A DNA stretch of 63,981 nucleotides, filler included, from Basidiobolus ranarum (taxonomy: Eukaryota), in assembly GCA_040143965.1 (NCBI GenBank). It is 4 parts of 4 records of this genome, joined end to end, with 100 filler letters (N's around TTAATTAATTAA, not from the genome) between each part and the next. Parts side by side here need not be neighbours in the genome. Positions count along the whole stretch, not along the records: positions 32,336 to 48,362 come from JASJQH010000357.1; 3 more parts are not named here. One strand, written 5' to 3'. The translations under genes were made by a program, and so were the position numbers. Of the stretch, positions 35,944-47,523 are shown one piece after another. The first letter of the stretch is position 1, and every line of letters starts with the position of its first letter. The notes under the pieces were generated by a model. That model did no database searches, was not told the DNA's origin, and was given only the letters and a program-made list of their open reading frames with translations.

Positions 35944-38151
35944 ATGCTCTTTGCTAATAAAGTTCTGGTTGGTATTGCTGCCGTATCCGTGGTCTCCGCT
36001 TCTACTTTTCCTTCCTTGACGGTAGAGGCCGACGAATGTATTACTGCTTGTGCATTGAAAGCTGGTAAGAAATGTTGGTCAAAGTATACCCAAGATCAAA
36101 ACAGTCCCTATTTCGTTGAGTCATTGGCTTGCCTCTGTGGTGGTGGCGCTAAATCAGTTGCCTACAATACTGATAATTCTGAATGCCTTGTGGCATCGAA
36201 ATGCAATCAAGAAGATGTCACAGCATCAGAACAACTAGATCCTGCCATTTGTCAATGGTATGATGAAAATAAGCCTAAAGAGGTCAATACCCACATATCT
36301 ACTAAACCTGAGAGCTCTACTGAAGCACCCAGATCTACCGAAATTGCAAGTTCCACTGAGACTCAGAAGCATTCAAGCACTAAGCCTCATGAGACTCACA
36401 AAACCACCGAAACTGACAAGTCTACTGAGACTCATAAAGCTACCGAAACTGATAAGTCTATTGAAACTCATAAACTTTCTGAAACTAAGAAGTCTACCGA
36501 AACCGAAAAGTCTACCGAGACTCATAAATCTACTGAAATTTTCAAATCTAGTGAAAAACCTGCTGTGACTCATAAGTCTACTGAAACTCACAAATCCAGT
36601 GAATCCGAGAAATCTACTGAGGCTCATAAATCTAGTGAAACTGAAAAGTCTACCGAGACTCACAAGACTAGCGAAACTGAAAGGTCTACCGAGACTCACA
36701 AGACTAGCGAAATTCCAAAGTCTACTGAGACCCACAGACCTAGTGAAACTGAGAAATCTACTCAAATTCATAAGACCACCGAAACTGGCAAGTCCACTGA
36801 GATCCACAAATCTAGTGAAAAATCTACTGAGACTCATAAGCCTAGTGATGCTGAAAAGTCCACCGAGACTCACAAGACTAGCGAAATTGTAAAGTCTACT
36901 GAGACCCATAAACCCAGTAAAACTGAGAAATCCACCGAGACTCACAAATCTAGTGAAACTGATAAATCTACAAAGACTCACAATCACTCCCATACTGAGC
37001 CTCATAAGTCTTCCAAGACAACCGAATCCGACAAATCTACTGAGACTCATAAACCTAGTGAAACTGACAAATCTACAAAGACTCACAATCACTCCCATAC
37101 TGAGCCTCATAAGTCTTCCAAGACAACCGAAGCCGACAAATCTACTGAGGCTCATAAATCTAGTGAAACTAAAAAGTCCACCGAGACTCACAAGACTAGT
37201 GAAATTGTAAAGTCTACTGAGACCCATGAATCTAGTGAAGTTGTAAAGTCTACTGAGACCCGTAAATCTAGTGAAACTGAGAAACCCACCGAGGCTCACA
37301 AATCTAGTGAAACTGAGAAATCCACCGAGGCTCACAAATTTAGTGAAACTGAGAAATCTACAAAGACTCACAATCACCCTCATACTAAGCCTCATAAATC
37401 CTCCAAGACTGACAAAGTTACCGTTACTGATAAATCTACCGAGACCCATAATAGTGCCGTAAGTGATAAGTCCACGATTACCACTGTTACCGACAAGTCT
37501 ACCGTAACATACATAGCTACTGTAACTGATTTGACTACAGTATCCCAAAAACATACCACAACCCATAAGCCTATCGTAAGTAAGGAGTCTACTGTGACCC
37601 ACGTGGCCACTGTAACTGACAAGTCCACTGTAACCCAGATTGCTACCGTTACTGCCGAATCTACTAAAACTCACACACATATTACGACTCACAAGGTTTC
37701 TGAAACTGAAAAAGTTACCGTTAACGATAAGCCTACCGAAACTCAAAAGCATACTGAAACTTCTAAATCTACTGAGACTAAGAAGTCTACCAAAACTCAC
37801 AACCATCATCATACTAAGCCCCAAAAGTCTTCCAAGACCGACAAAGCTACCGTCACTGATGAATCTACTGAGACTCACAAGCACACCGTACCTCATAAGC
37901 CTACTAAAACTGAGAATCACAAGCCCACTATGACATGTGTACCTGTCACTGTTACCGTCACCAAAACTGTAACTGCTTCAGATGTTAAACCTACCCCTGT
38001 TGCATGCAAAGATGGTGCTTACCAATGTGCTGATTCCGGTAAATCCAACAAGTTCACCATCTGCTCTAACGGTAAATTAGTGCATCAAGCTTGTGCACCA
38101 GGTACTGTATGCAGAACTTTTGGTCAATCGATCATCTGTGATTGGGCATAA
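35944..38151 (+). CDS. Secreted protein: CFEM-like 8-Cys head, S/T/E/K/H repeat stalk, C-terminal CBM19-like domain (735 aa)
   Basis: Signal peptide; C-x3-C-x7-C...CLC...C-x5-C...C head; ~12-aa SSETEKSTETHK repeats; C..GAYQC...FTIC.NG......CAPGTVC tail. Confidence 0.85.
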   Translation: MLFANKVLVGIAAVSVVSASTFPSLTVEADECITACALKAGKKCWSKYTQDQNSPYFVESLACLCGGGAKSVAYNTDNSECLVASKCNQEDVTASEQLDPAICQWYDENKPKEVNTHISTKPESSTEAPRSTEIASSTETQKHSSTKPHETHKTTETDKSTETHKATETDKSIETHKLSETKKSTETEKSTETHKSTEIFKSSEKPAVTHKSTETHKSSESEKSTEAHKSSETEKSTETHKTSETERSTETHKTSEIPKSTETHRPSETEKSTQIHKTTETGKSTEIHKSSEKSTETHKPSDAEKSTETHKTSEIVKSTETHKPSKTEKSTETHKSSETDKSTKTHNHSHTEPHKSSKTTESDKSTETHKPSETDKSTKTHNHSHTEPHKSSKTTEADKSTEAHKSSETKKSTETHKTSEIVKSTETHESSEVVKSTETRKSSETEKPTEAHKSSETEKSTEAHKFSETEKSTKTHNHPHTKPHKSSKTDKVTVTDKSTETHNSAVSDKSTITTVTDKSTVTYIATVTDLTTVSQKHTTTHKPIVSKESTVTHVATVTDKSTVTQIATVTAESTKTHTHITTHKVSETEKVTVNDKPTETQKHTETSKSTETKKSTKTHNHHHTKPQKSSKTDKATVTDESTETHKHTVPHKPTKTENHKPTMTCVPVTVTVTKTVTASDVKPTPVACKDGAYQCADSGKSNKFTICSNGKLVHQACAPGTVCRTFGQSIICDWA

Positions 38152-39235
38152 ATTCACTAGATTTCAAATACTGTATCATTGTACAGCAGGTATATTTGAT
38201 TGTGAATGTTGTTTCAATACGATTTCGTGTGTATTTAAGTTTTCAGGTATCTCGAGAGAAGTAAATAAATGAATGAATAGTTTTTATCTATATATCAATG
38301 CATATGTATTTAGTGAAAATTTGCTAGTTGCAAAATGGTTTCATTCTTGGAGCAATAATATTATGCATCTTTATTACGTTACAATATACCATACACATTA
38401 CAGTAGGCTTCCCATTGTTTTTGATTTGGACGCTGACGTAGGTTAGCGCCAATTCTCTTTTTGTGTGAACGTACCCTAAATTGGTTAATCACCGGTTCTA
38501 AAGATTTTTATGTTAAGATAAGGATAACTCAGCATGTGATATACCTTCTTAAATGTGTAGTTCCATTTCAGGAATGCAAGTTTATCCATATAGAATAGTG
38601 AATCCCGATTGATAAAGATTGCAAAAATCCCAGAAACAAACAATGAACTTAAAAGAGGACTTTGCATGCGGAAATAGTAAATTATGTACATTTTATGATA
38701 TTTTTTAACATGACAAGAATGTAGAATTAGTGATACACATCAGTTAGCGGAATATGTACTACGGTGAAAAATATCCTAGTGATGTAACTCTATATTTTGC
38801 TGTTGGTTTAGTCGTTGCTGCTGCCATGTATTCTCCTACAGCAATCCAAATTCATGCAATGATCTATGCATTGCAGAATCATCAGAGTAATGTTAACCAG
38901 CTACACTAGAGATTACAGTGACTAGATATAATCTTCCTTTCAAGCCTTAATGATTCTGGTTATTCAGAGTACTGTCTTTGCGTTTTAGATACCAGCATGT
39001 CAAGTGAGGTTTCAGTTGTCAAATTTTTATGCGTATATAATGTTGAACTTTGCAGCCTTGTATTGCCTCACAAATCTCCAATTTGAAAGCACTTTACTCT
39101 ACAATACTTACTAACCTTTCTCTATTGCTATCACCATTTTCACTGAATACAGGGTATTTGAATTTTTATTGAATATCTCTTTAGCATTACTGGACCAGCA
39201 TTAAATGATATACAAAAATTTTTACTGTTGATATT

Positions 39236-39552
39236 TGTTGAAATCAGAATAGCCTAAACACCTATATAGTTATATATAGCTTAGTATTTAGAGTTACATA
39301 TTTCACCCATGTATCACCCACTATTCCCAAGAAGAATCTACCTAGTTTTCAGATATATAGATTTTCCAAAGAAGCCCCAAACTTTGCACACATGTTCCTG
39401 GGACCTTCCTCAACACATTCTACACGTTAGTTTGGTTTCATCTTGACAAAACTATAAATGTCAACTTTCTACTCAATAAATCAATAAGTGAAAACCACCG
39501 ATTCCTCTAATTCTCCAAACTGTTAAAGTATTTGGGAGCCTGTTGGAAGTGG
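39236..39552 (-). mobile_element. Solo-LTR-like repeat copy whose terminal ~31 bp is inverted
   Basis: Reverse-complement match to the family from TGTTGAAATCAG at 39236 to CTCCAAAC at 39520, followed directly by forward TGTTAAAGTATTTGGGAGCCTGTTGGAAGTGG. Confidence 0.7.
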
Positions 39553-39863
39553 TACCCTAACCCTAAGTTTTATGTAGCTTATTTTAGCTATTAGTTAATC
39601 TATATTTCATTAAGAAAACACTCACTATTCTCGGAAGGTATTTACTTGCAAGTGGGAAGATACATAGACTTTGGGAGCATGATAATCTGGTTTGATTAAT
39701 CAAGCTTTCACATGTTTGGAATTCTACATGAGTTCTCAATAGCATCCAAGTCAATTGCTGGATAATTCCTCATTAATTCTGCGACCTAGCTGCATTCTAG
39801 GTTTTCTGAATCTCCACCTGAATTATTGCAAAATCTTTATATAAACATCTCCCAAGTCAATTA

Positions 39864-40171
39864 TGTTGAAGTATTTTGGGAGCTTATTGGATATGGTTTG
39901 AAGAACTTATACAAATAGTAGTTTTCATTTATTGACATTTATGGTTTTATCACGAGGCAAGCCAATAAACATGTAGAACGCGTTAAGAAAGGTACCATAA
40001 GTATGTGTACAAAGTTTAGGGCTTCTAGCACAAGTTTGAAAAAGCTATATATCTGAGAACTTCCAAGTAAATCTTCTTGAGAATAGTGGAAAATATCTTG
40101 GTGAAATGTGGAATGTATAGATACTAAGCTATATATGACTATATAGATGTTTAGGCTATACTAATTTCAAA
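39864..40171 (+). mobile_element. Solo-LTR-like repeat copy
   Basis: TGTTGAAG...GGCTATACTAATTTCAAA; flanked by AATTA/AATTA. Confidence 0.7.
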
Positions 40172-40211
40172 AATTACCAAGTGTGACAGAATAGAAAATA
40201 TTGTAATAAAT

Positions 40212-40282
40212 GTTAAAGTATTTTGCGTTGGAAGTGGTTTGGAGAACTAGAGAAATTGGTGTTTTTCACTTGTTGATTTATT
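40212..40282 (+). mobile_element. 71-bp terminal fragment of the repeat family flanked by a 25-bp direct duplication
   Basis: CAGAATAGAAAATATTGTAATAAAT at both 40187-40211 and 40283-40307. Confidence 0.65.
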
Positions 40283-41626
40283 CAGAATAGAAAATATTGT
40301 AATAAATACGTTTAACTCGAGGATAAATGATTAAATACAATTTTTATTCCATTCATATGTTGTTCTGATATAATTGATGCATTTTATTTTTTCAATTCTC
40401 TGCTACAAATGAGATTTTGCTTGTTTTTTACTTCCCCAGTATCTCTCCCTGGTTGATTACCTTCTCCAGATTTTGGAGTATCAATAAGTAAGTTATTTTG
40501 ATATTAAAGGGGAAACATGAGGTGAAAATATTGTTTAGTGACCGTTTATTCCTCTTGAGTTATCTCTGATCAGGTGGCTTTATGGACATTTTTAAACTCA
40601 GGGGTATACCTTGAAAGTGGCTCTACTAAACCGATTTGATCGGTCCAAAAGGAGAATGGTAATTCTTTGGAGCTGTGCATACGTTGTTCCTGTCTCAGTG
40701 AACGCGATGCTTGAGCCAAAGATGAAGTAGTCTAGTTCCCTTTGATACCGACGAGTTAAAGGGAGTATTCATTTTGATGACAATGAATTACTACTTATTA
40801 GAATCTACAACTTCTTGAGAACTAGAAATTCAAACACTATCAGAGAATCCGGGTGATCAAATGTCTCTGAATTAGAATGAGCCATTAGATTTTACCACAG
40901 TTTTTTAGTCCTAAATGCCACAAAAGGATATAAATAGGCGTACAGAGGCGTCCAAATACATAGATCATGTTACAGTTGCTGAACGATATTCCGGTTAAGC
41001 TAGAATTCCAAGTAAGAAAATTAAGTGAGAGCCGGTGAAAGCGGTAAAGGTACGTACAAAAGCTTAGGAATTAGTTGAAAATGTAAGTCTATCTCAACGG
41101 TAGGTTTACTGAACAGAGTCGACATATTGAACTCTAAGTATGAGTTGCATAAACTGTGGATTGTGAGACTTCTAAATGAATCGGCCACTGGAGGTAAGTG
41201 CTTCTCTGAAATAGCCGAATAACTTTTTTGGAAGGTGCCTGCTAATTGAGAATGGGTATTTTGGTGGACCAATGGTTACTTCTTTAAATTTGTCTCTCTC
41301 GTGGTGAAGTTATCCAAAACGTTTGGTACTTACAGATTAGTTAATCTGTTCATCAACACCTGTTCTCTACGAATTCTAATATTAGATGGCTACTCGATAT
41401 ATCATATTTTTATATTAGGTGAGAAAATGAATGCATCTTATTCCTCTATTGAATATCGTTTACCATTTTATCATTCCAGAATTCTCTTCAAGAGACAGCT
41501 TTTCTCTACCAATGAGGGGAGTGAATCTATTTTCTAGGTAAGTTCTCATATACCGTATGTTTTGAAATTATATAAATATTCCCTAGAGCTTCAATCAAAT
41601 ACATTATCCCACCCTTCATCATAAAA

Positions 41627-43174
41627 ATGCATTTCGCTACTAAACTTCTTGCCGGCATTGCCGCCGCAGCTGTTGTTTCTGCTTCCGATAGTTTCCCTTA
41701 CCAATCTCCCAGTGATTGTGTGACATCCTGCACTGTACAGGCTGGTAAGAAGTGCTTTGCTCAATATACTCAAGACCCAACTAGTGCTGAGTTTGCTCAA
41801 TCTCTTGCCTGCCTCTGTGATGGTGACGCTAAGACCAGTGCCTTCCTAGAAAGTGTTTCCAAATGTTTCACAACATCAAAATGTACTGCTCAGGATATTG
41901 CAGCAGCCAAGAAACTCGAAACACCTGTTTGTACCTGGTATGATGCACATAAGAATGATCTCAAACCTACTGAGTCCAAGTCCGCTGCCAGCACCAGTGT
42001 CAAATTCTCCGAGTCCTCCAAACCCACTACTAGTGACAAGCCTACTGAATCTGCTAAGCCCACTGTAAGTGACAAATCTAGTGAGGCTCATAAGTCCACT
42101 GCCACCGACAAATCTACTGAAGCTCATAAGTCTACTGTTACCGACAAATCTAGTGAGGCTCATAAGTCCAGTGCCACTGACAAATCTACTGAGGCCCATA
42201 AGTCTACCGCTACCGACAAATCTAGTGAAGCTCATAAGTCCACTGCCACCGACAAATCTAGTGAAGCTCATAAGTCCACTGCCACCGACAAATCTACTGA
42301 AGCCCATAAGTCCACTGCTACTGACAAATCTACTGAAGCTCACAAGTCCACCGCTACCGATAAATCTAGTGAGGCTCATAAATCTACCGCTACTGACAAA
42401 TCTACTGAGGCCAATAAGTCTACCGCTACCGACAAATCTAGTGAAGCTCATAAGTCCACTGCTACTGACAAATCTAGTGAGACTCATAAGTCCACCGCTA
42501 CTGACAAATCTACCGAGACTGCTAAGCCCACTGTAAGCGACAAGTCCACTACCAGTGAAAAATCTACCGAGACTGCTAAGCCCACTGTAAGTGATAAATC
42601 TACTGAATCTGCCAAGTCTAGCAAGACCCACCATCACCATCATACAAAGACTCACAAGCCCGCTGAAATTACCAAAGTTACCATCACCGACAAATCCACT
42701 GTTACCCACATTACTACTGTAACTGATAAGTCTACCGTGATTAACAAGCATACTACTACTCATAAGCCTTCTGTCAGTGATAAGGTTACCGTTACCGATA
42801 AAGTCACCGTTACTGACAAATCTACCATGACTCACGTTGCTACCGTAACCGATAAATCTACTGAGACCCACAAGCACACCGTAACCCACAAGCCTGTTAA
42901 ACCTACCAAACCTACTAAGCCTACCAAACCCACTCACACTCACAAACCCGCTAACCCATGCGCGCCTGTCACTGTTACCGTCACCAAGACTGTAACTGCT
43001 TCTGATGTTAAACCTACCCCAGTTGCATGCAAAGATGGTGCTTACCAATGCGCTGATTCTGGTAAATCCAACAAGTTCACCATCTGCTCTAATGGTAAAT
43101 TAGTTCACGAAGCCTGCGCACCAGGTACTGTTTGCAGAACTCTTGGCCAATCGATCATCTGTGATTGGGCTTAA
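41627..43174 (+). CDS. Secreted protein: CFEM-like head, 12-aa repeat stalk, CBM19-like tail (515 aa); paralogue of 35944
   Basis: Same architecture; near-perfect STATDKS(S/T)EAHK repeats (36-bp unit), an HHHHH tract and KPT repeats. Confidence 0.85.
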   Translation: MHFATKLLAGIAAAAVVSASDSFPYQSPSDCVTSCTVQAGKKCFAQYTQDPTSAEFAQSLACLCDGDAKTSAFLESVSKCFTTSKCTAQDIAAAKKLETPVCTWYDAHKNDLKPTESKSAASTSVKFSESSKPTTSDKPTESAKPTVSDKSSEAHKSTATDKSTEAHKSTVTDKSSEAHKSSATDKSTEAHKSTATDKSSEAHKSTATDKSSEAHKSTATDKSTEAHKSTATDKSTEAHKSTATDKSSEAHKSTATDKSTEANKSTATDKSSEAHKSTATDKSSETHKSTATDKSTETAKPTVSDKSTTSEKSTETAKPTVSDKSTESAKSSKTHHHHHTKTHKPAEITKVTITDKSTVTHITTVTDKSTVINKHTTTHKPSVSDKVTVTDKVTVTDKSTMTHVATVTDKSTETHKHTVTHKPVKPTKPTKPTKPTHTHKPANPCAPVTVTVTKTVTASDVKPTPVACKDGAYQCADSGKSNKFTICSNGKLVHEACAPGTVCRTLGQSIICDWA

Positions 43175-45039
43175 ATTTTCTAGATTCCAAATACTATAGT
43201 ATTTTAGAGTAAATCGAATTTTGTCAATTGATTAAAATGATTGAATTTTCAATACAATTTCATGTAAAATGAATTTATCCATCATTGAATTTGAAGTAAA
43301 TATATGTTTAAATAAAGAATTAAAAAGTAGTTCATGTTGTTGTGAAAGATTCCCTGATAATTTACCACTCATAGATGATATGGTATTCAATATTTAGAAA
43401 CAGTAATACGTGGGTGGCTTAGTAATTAAATTTGTTGATCGTGGACTTGGATATTTCATCATGTGATTGAATTTCCTAAATCGGCATTATCTATTACCTG
43501 GAATCCAAAATCATCTCAAATGTCTTAATTAATTATGACTCCGGGAAAATTATAAACTAATCATTCTGCATGCTAAAAGACATAAACATGCCCAACCTGG
43601 GATGTGTCAATATGCAACCTGTAGCTTGAATTAAGATGAAAGTCGCTATGGAAAATAGTTGTAACGCAAAAAATGCTCCTCTTCACAATCATTCAAATCC
43701 TCAGTAAATAACAAGAGATCTGGTAATCCTCGGGACTTAAACTATACATCCCAATACCAAATGGGATTCTATCATTAAAAACGGATCAAGTTTCTTGTTA
43801 AAATATGAACCATCTTGTGGCAAAAAAGAACTTACCGTTCGGCACAAGTTGAACCAATGAGCGTTCGCAAATTTACCAAATTCGATCGAATCCCATATAT
43901 ATTCACATAGGATGGATGAGTATATATATACTTGAGTAGAAATTTCTGGACTGATCATTTACAACCAGTCCCACGCTTATTCAAACTCCACACACACTTT
44001 AGTCTCAAGTAAACATGATTACTCTAGTAGTTCGGACTAAATTCATGCGATCATGCAATAGTCGATTCTAGAACTGATGAAGAGTAAAATAGTGGGAGAC
44101 TATTTGGAATTCTATGATTTCTTTGCTTATCACGATTCTGAAACATTCAGGGATTACGGGGAATTGGTATGCCAAATGCCTTTATATATACCAATTGGTA
44201 GAAACAGTACACCTTTGATTATTTCTGACCAGCAAAGTGATCAGCATCTCGATAGTTGAATCGATAGGGTATAATGGACTTGTTCCCCTCTATTGCGCCA
44301 GATTGTGCTGTATAAAGAATATTGGATGGAGTATTCTAAAAACTATGCGGCACAATTTGGCACAATAAATTTCAATCATGATTACCCTATTGTATTGATT
44401 CAAAGCTCGATAACCCCTGGCCCAATGGAACAAGTCTAATGCAGCATATATCACATTCTATAACATCAAGAAACAACCATTTATAACAAGAGGTTACTGT
44501 ATTTTTGAAATATTGAGAATGTGAATATAGGAATGGGAGAGGGAGAGGGAAAAGAAGTGGATGGATGATGTTCTTATAACAGCTAGGCTGACTGACTGTT
44601 AAGTTAGTAAACCAGGATTCTTATGAAATTTACTAAAAGTAAGAGTAGTCATTGATTCCTCAGCCTTGGTATAAACAAGAATGTTGAACTTTACTATAAA
44701 ATATTATTTGTCCATCAGGCAGTTTCTGTCTTGTAATGCACGAAATAAGCAAATACACACCACTCTATGAATGCATCACTTTGGTCTTGTAAGAGTATCA
44801 ATTAACTACTCACGTATCTCAATATAGCATTCATCTCTAAGCAGTCATGTGGGTGCATTTTGGAAACAATTGCAATTATTAAGCATTACCAAATTCAATT
44901 CTGATCCTATTTCTATCTTTTGTTGAGAGGTCGTCTAATTTTTGAACTTCACTTACTTTACCATGCTGCTCACTTGAGGCTATACTGTTGAACTTGTGAT
45001 TAATGTTTATTTAGCTAAAATGAAATGTTGCTGCAACTT

Positions 45040-46164
45040 TTAATGTTTAAATTGCATCGAGTAATTTCCAGAGGCTGGATCTTTTTGCATTTGAAAATTA
45101 TCTGTTGAAAGACCGAACATCCCCAAGAACCGGTTTCCCAAATCCTTCACCTTATCTATATCAAGTAAAAGGATATTAATTCATGCTAATGTTGGTGAAC
45201 AAGTGGATATTCAGACTTACCCAACATCTCAGCTTTTTCAATCTCTTGTTGCTCCTCTATACGAGGCGGTAGGCGTCTAAGTGCCTGCTCACACTCACGA
45301 CGATAATTAGGTGCCAGATCATTCAATTTTTTATAATCTATATCGATTCAGTTAGCGGTTATCCTGAGTGTTCATAGCTCTTTAAACACAATTACCTTCC
45401 AGAGCCGAGCTTAAAGCCAAATATTTGCCAATTTTCTCATTTGCTTGAGCTCTTCGTACCAATGCTTTGATATAAGTAGAGTCCAACTCAAGTGCACTAT
45501 CACACGCATGAACGGCGTCATCCCAACGTTCCTAGAATCATGGAATATGTTATCATCATTAACTCTTCCAGAAACATTCATCAAGAAAATATACCAATTT
45601 CATATAAGAAGCAGCAATATTTCCATAAAATAATGCACGTAACGTCGGTCTTTCTTCAGGACATATGCCCAGTGCCTGGTTATACTTTTCGATGGCATTT
45701 TCGTATTCGCCAGTGGCAAAAAGTTGGTTTCCAGTAGCTTTATAACTCTCTGACTCTTTCACACGCTCCTAAACATTCAGTCAGATGATGGATACTACAC
45801 AAATGACCAAATATTCCATAAAATTACTTCAATCTCCGTTTCTGTAAGCGGTGTTGGAGGAATAATCTTTACCTCAGAAGTCTCATTATTTGATATTTCC
45901 TTGTTTTCATTTGAGACTTCTTGTACAGCTTCCTCCTCAACTACCTGCTTCGACTTTTCAGCATCATTTTCTTCCAGTGTCACTTTTTCTTCTGTTGTCT
46001 CTATATTGTCCCGTTTGATTTGATTGGTTTCCTCTATATATTCTAATGACTCGTGGAACTCATCTTCTGAGTCTATACTAACGTAAAATCGTCTATTACT
46101 TTTTGGAAAATTATTCTTAATGCTATAACTACTTACCACTTATTTCAGATATCTTTGGACTCAT
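45040..46164 (-). CDS. TPR protein, TTC1-like (multi-exon)
   Basis: Acidic N-terminus; [27 protein letters not shown]...YGNIAA; C-terminal [30 protein letters not shown] is characteristic of TTC1. Confidence 0.85.
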
Positions 46165-46606
46165 CCTTGTGTTAGTTTAGAGTATCTTGTGTGATAAGAT
46201 GATATATTTATTTGTCTTGGAAATAGTTGTAGAATTTATCAACCAGTGGACGTCATTTTCTAATCTCATCTAAATCAATCACGTTGATTTCATGCATAGC
46301 TTAACCACTTATTTAAACACTTATGTGATCCAGGAAAAAAAAAGAAAAATCAATTTACTCGCACCAATATTCATTGCAGTTTATGGTAGATCAATCAATA
46401 TACTCTTAAAAAAAGGAATTTTTTTCTTGTACTCCAATTCATGTGTTGAACTCACTAAAGTATCACTCAATTTTTTTTAAAAAAAAAAAGTTCATACAAT
46501 CATATTCGAAATTATTTACAAAACTAGTCAACTTTTAAATATTCACTATATCTACTGATAATTCTTCTTTTCTCATAACTTATATACCTTTGGTCTTATA
46601 ATAAAC

Positions 46607-47523
46607 ATGCCTAAATCCAAGAGACAGAAGATTGGTAATTTATTTACTCGCTTCTTATTTGGAAGTTCCATTCTTCATAGACTAAACTTCCATTTTCCTT
46701 CTAGTATCCTTGACCAAGACTGAAAGCAAAGGACGTGCCGATAAGGAAGCCCTTTTCGAACAGGTAACTTATAAGTTTTATTCCATCTCAAAATGGAGAA
46801 TAGAATACAACCAATTCACTCTCTTGACCTATTTCCCATTCATGTTTCTAACCAAGCTATTTTCACTCGATTAACATAGATTCGTACTTGTGCTGATGAA
46901 TTCAATAATATCTTCGTCTTCTCTGTCGAGAATATGCGTAATTATTATTTAAAAGATATTCGTAACGAGTGGAAGTCCAGCAGATTCTTCTTTGGTAAAA
47001 ATAAGGTTATGGCCAAGGCTTTGGGTAACACTGAAGAGGAGGAATATAAGGAGAAATTACATCATATCGCTGATGCTTTGATTGGTGATGTCGGTCTTTT
47101 ATTCACTAACAAATCCGTTGAGGAGGTTAAAAAGTAAGAAATCATTGAATTAATTAACGGGTTATAATCCATACTAATCATATCCCTTGATTGTGTAGAT
47201 TCTTTGAAGATTATAAGCAACAGGATTACCCACGTTCTGGATATGTTGCTACTGATGAAGTAGTCATCCCAAGTGGACCAGTTAAGCGTGGAGCTGAAGA
47301 TTCATTCCCTCACAACATGGAACCCCAACTCCGTGGTCTAGGCATGCCAACCATGTTGAAAAACGGTATTGTCACACTTCCAGTAGATTACACCATCTGC
47401 AAAGTAGGGGATACTTTGACACCCCACCAAGCACAGCTCTTGAAGTTGTTCTACATCCAAATGGCCGAATTCCAAGTGCAACTCAAGTGTGCTTGGACCA
47501 ATGGAGAATTCGAAGAGTTTTAA
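46607..47523 (+). CDS. MRT4: Ribosome assembly factor Mrt4 (P0-like), 4 exons
   Basis: MPKSKRQKI-VSLTKT, NMRNYYLKDIRNEWKSSRFFFGKNKVMAKALG, GDVGLLFTN, HNMEPQLRGLGMPT. Confidence 0.95.

Noticed and set aside
36373-37920. 515-aa antisense ORF (and the 390-aa ORF at 41876-43048, plus off-frame sense ORFs)
   Set aside because: Shadows of the low-complexity repeat coding strand; no independent domain signal.
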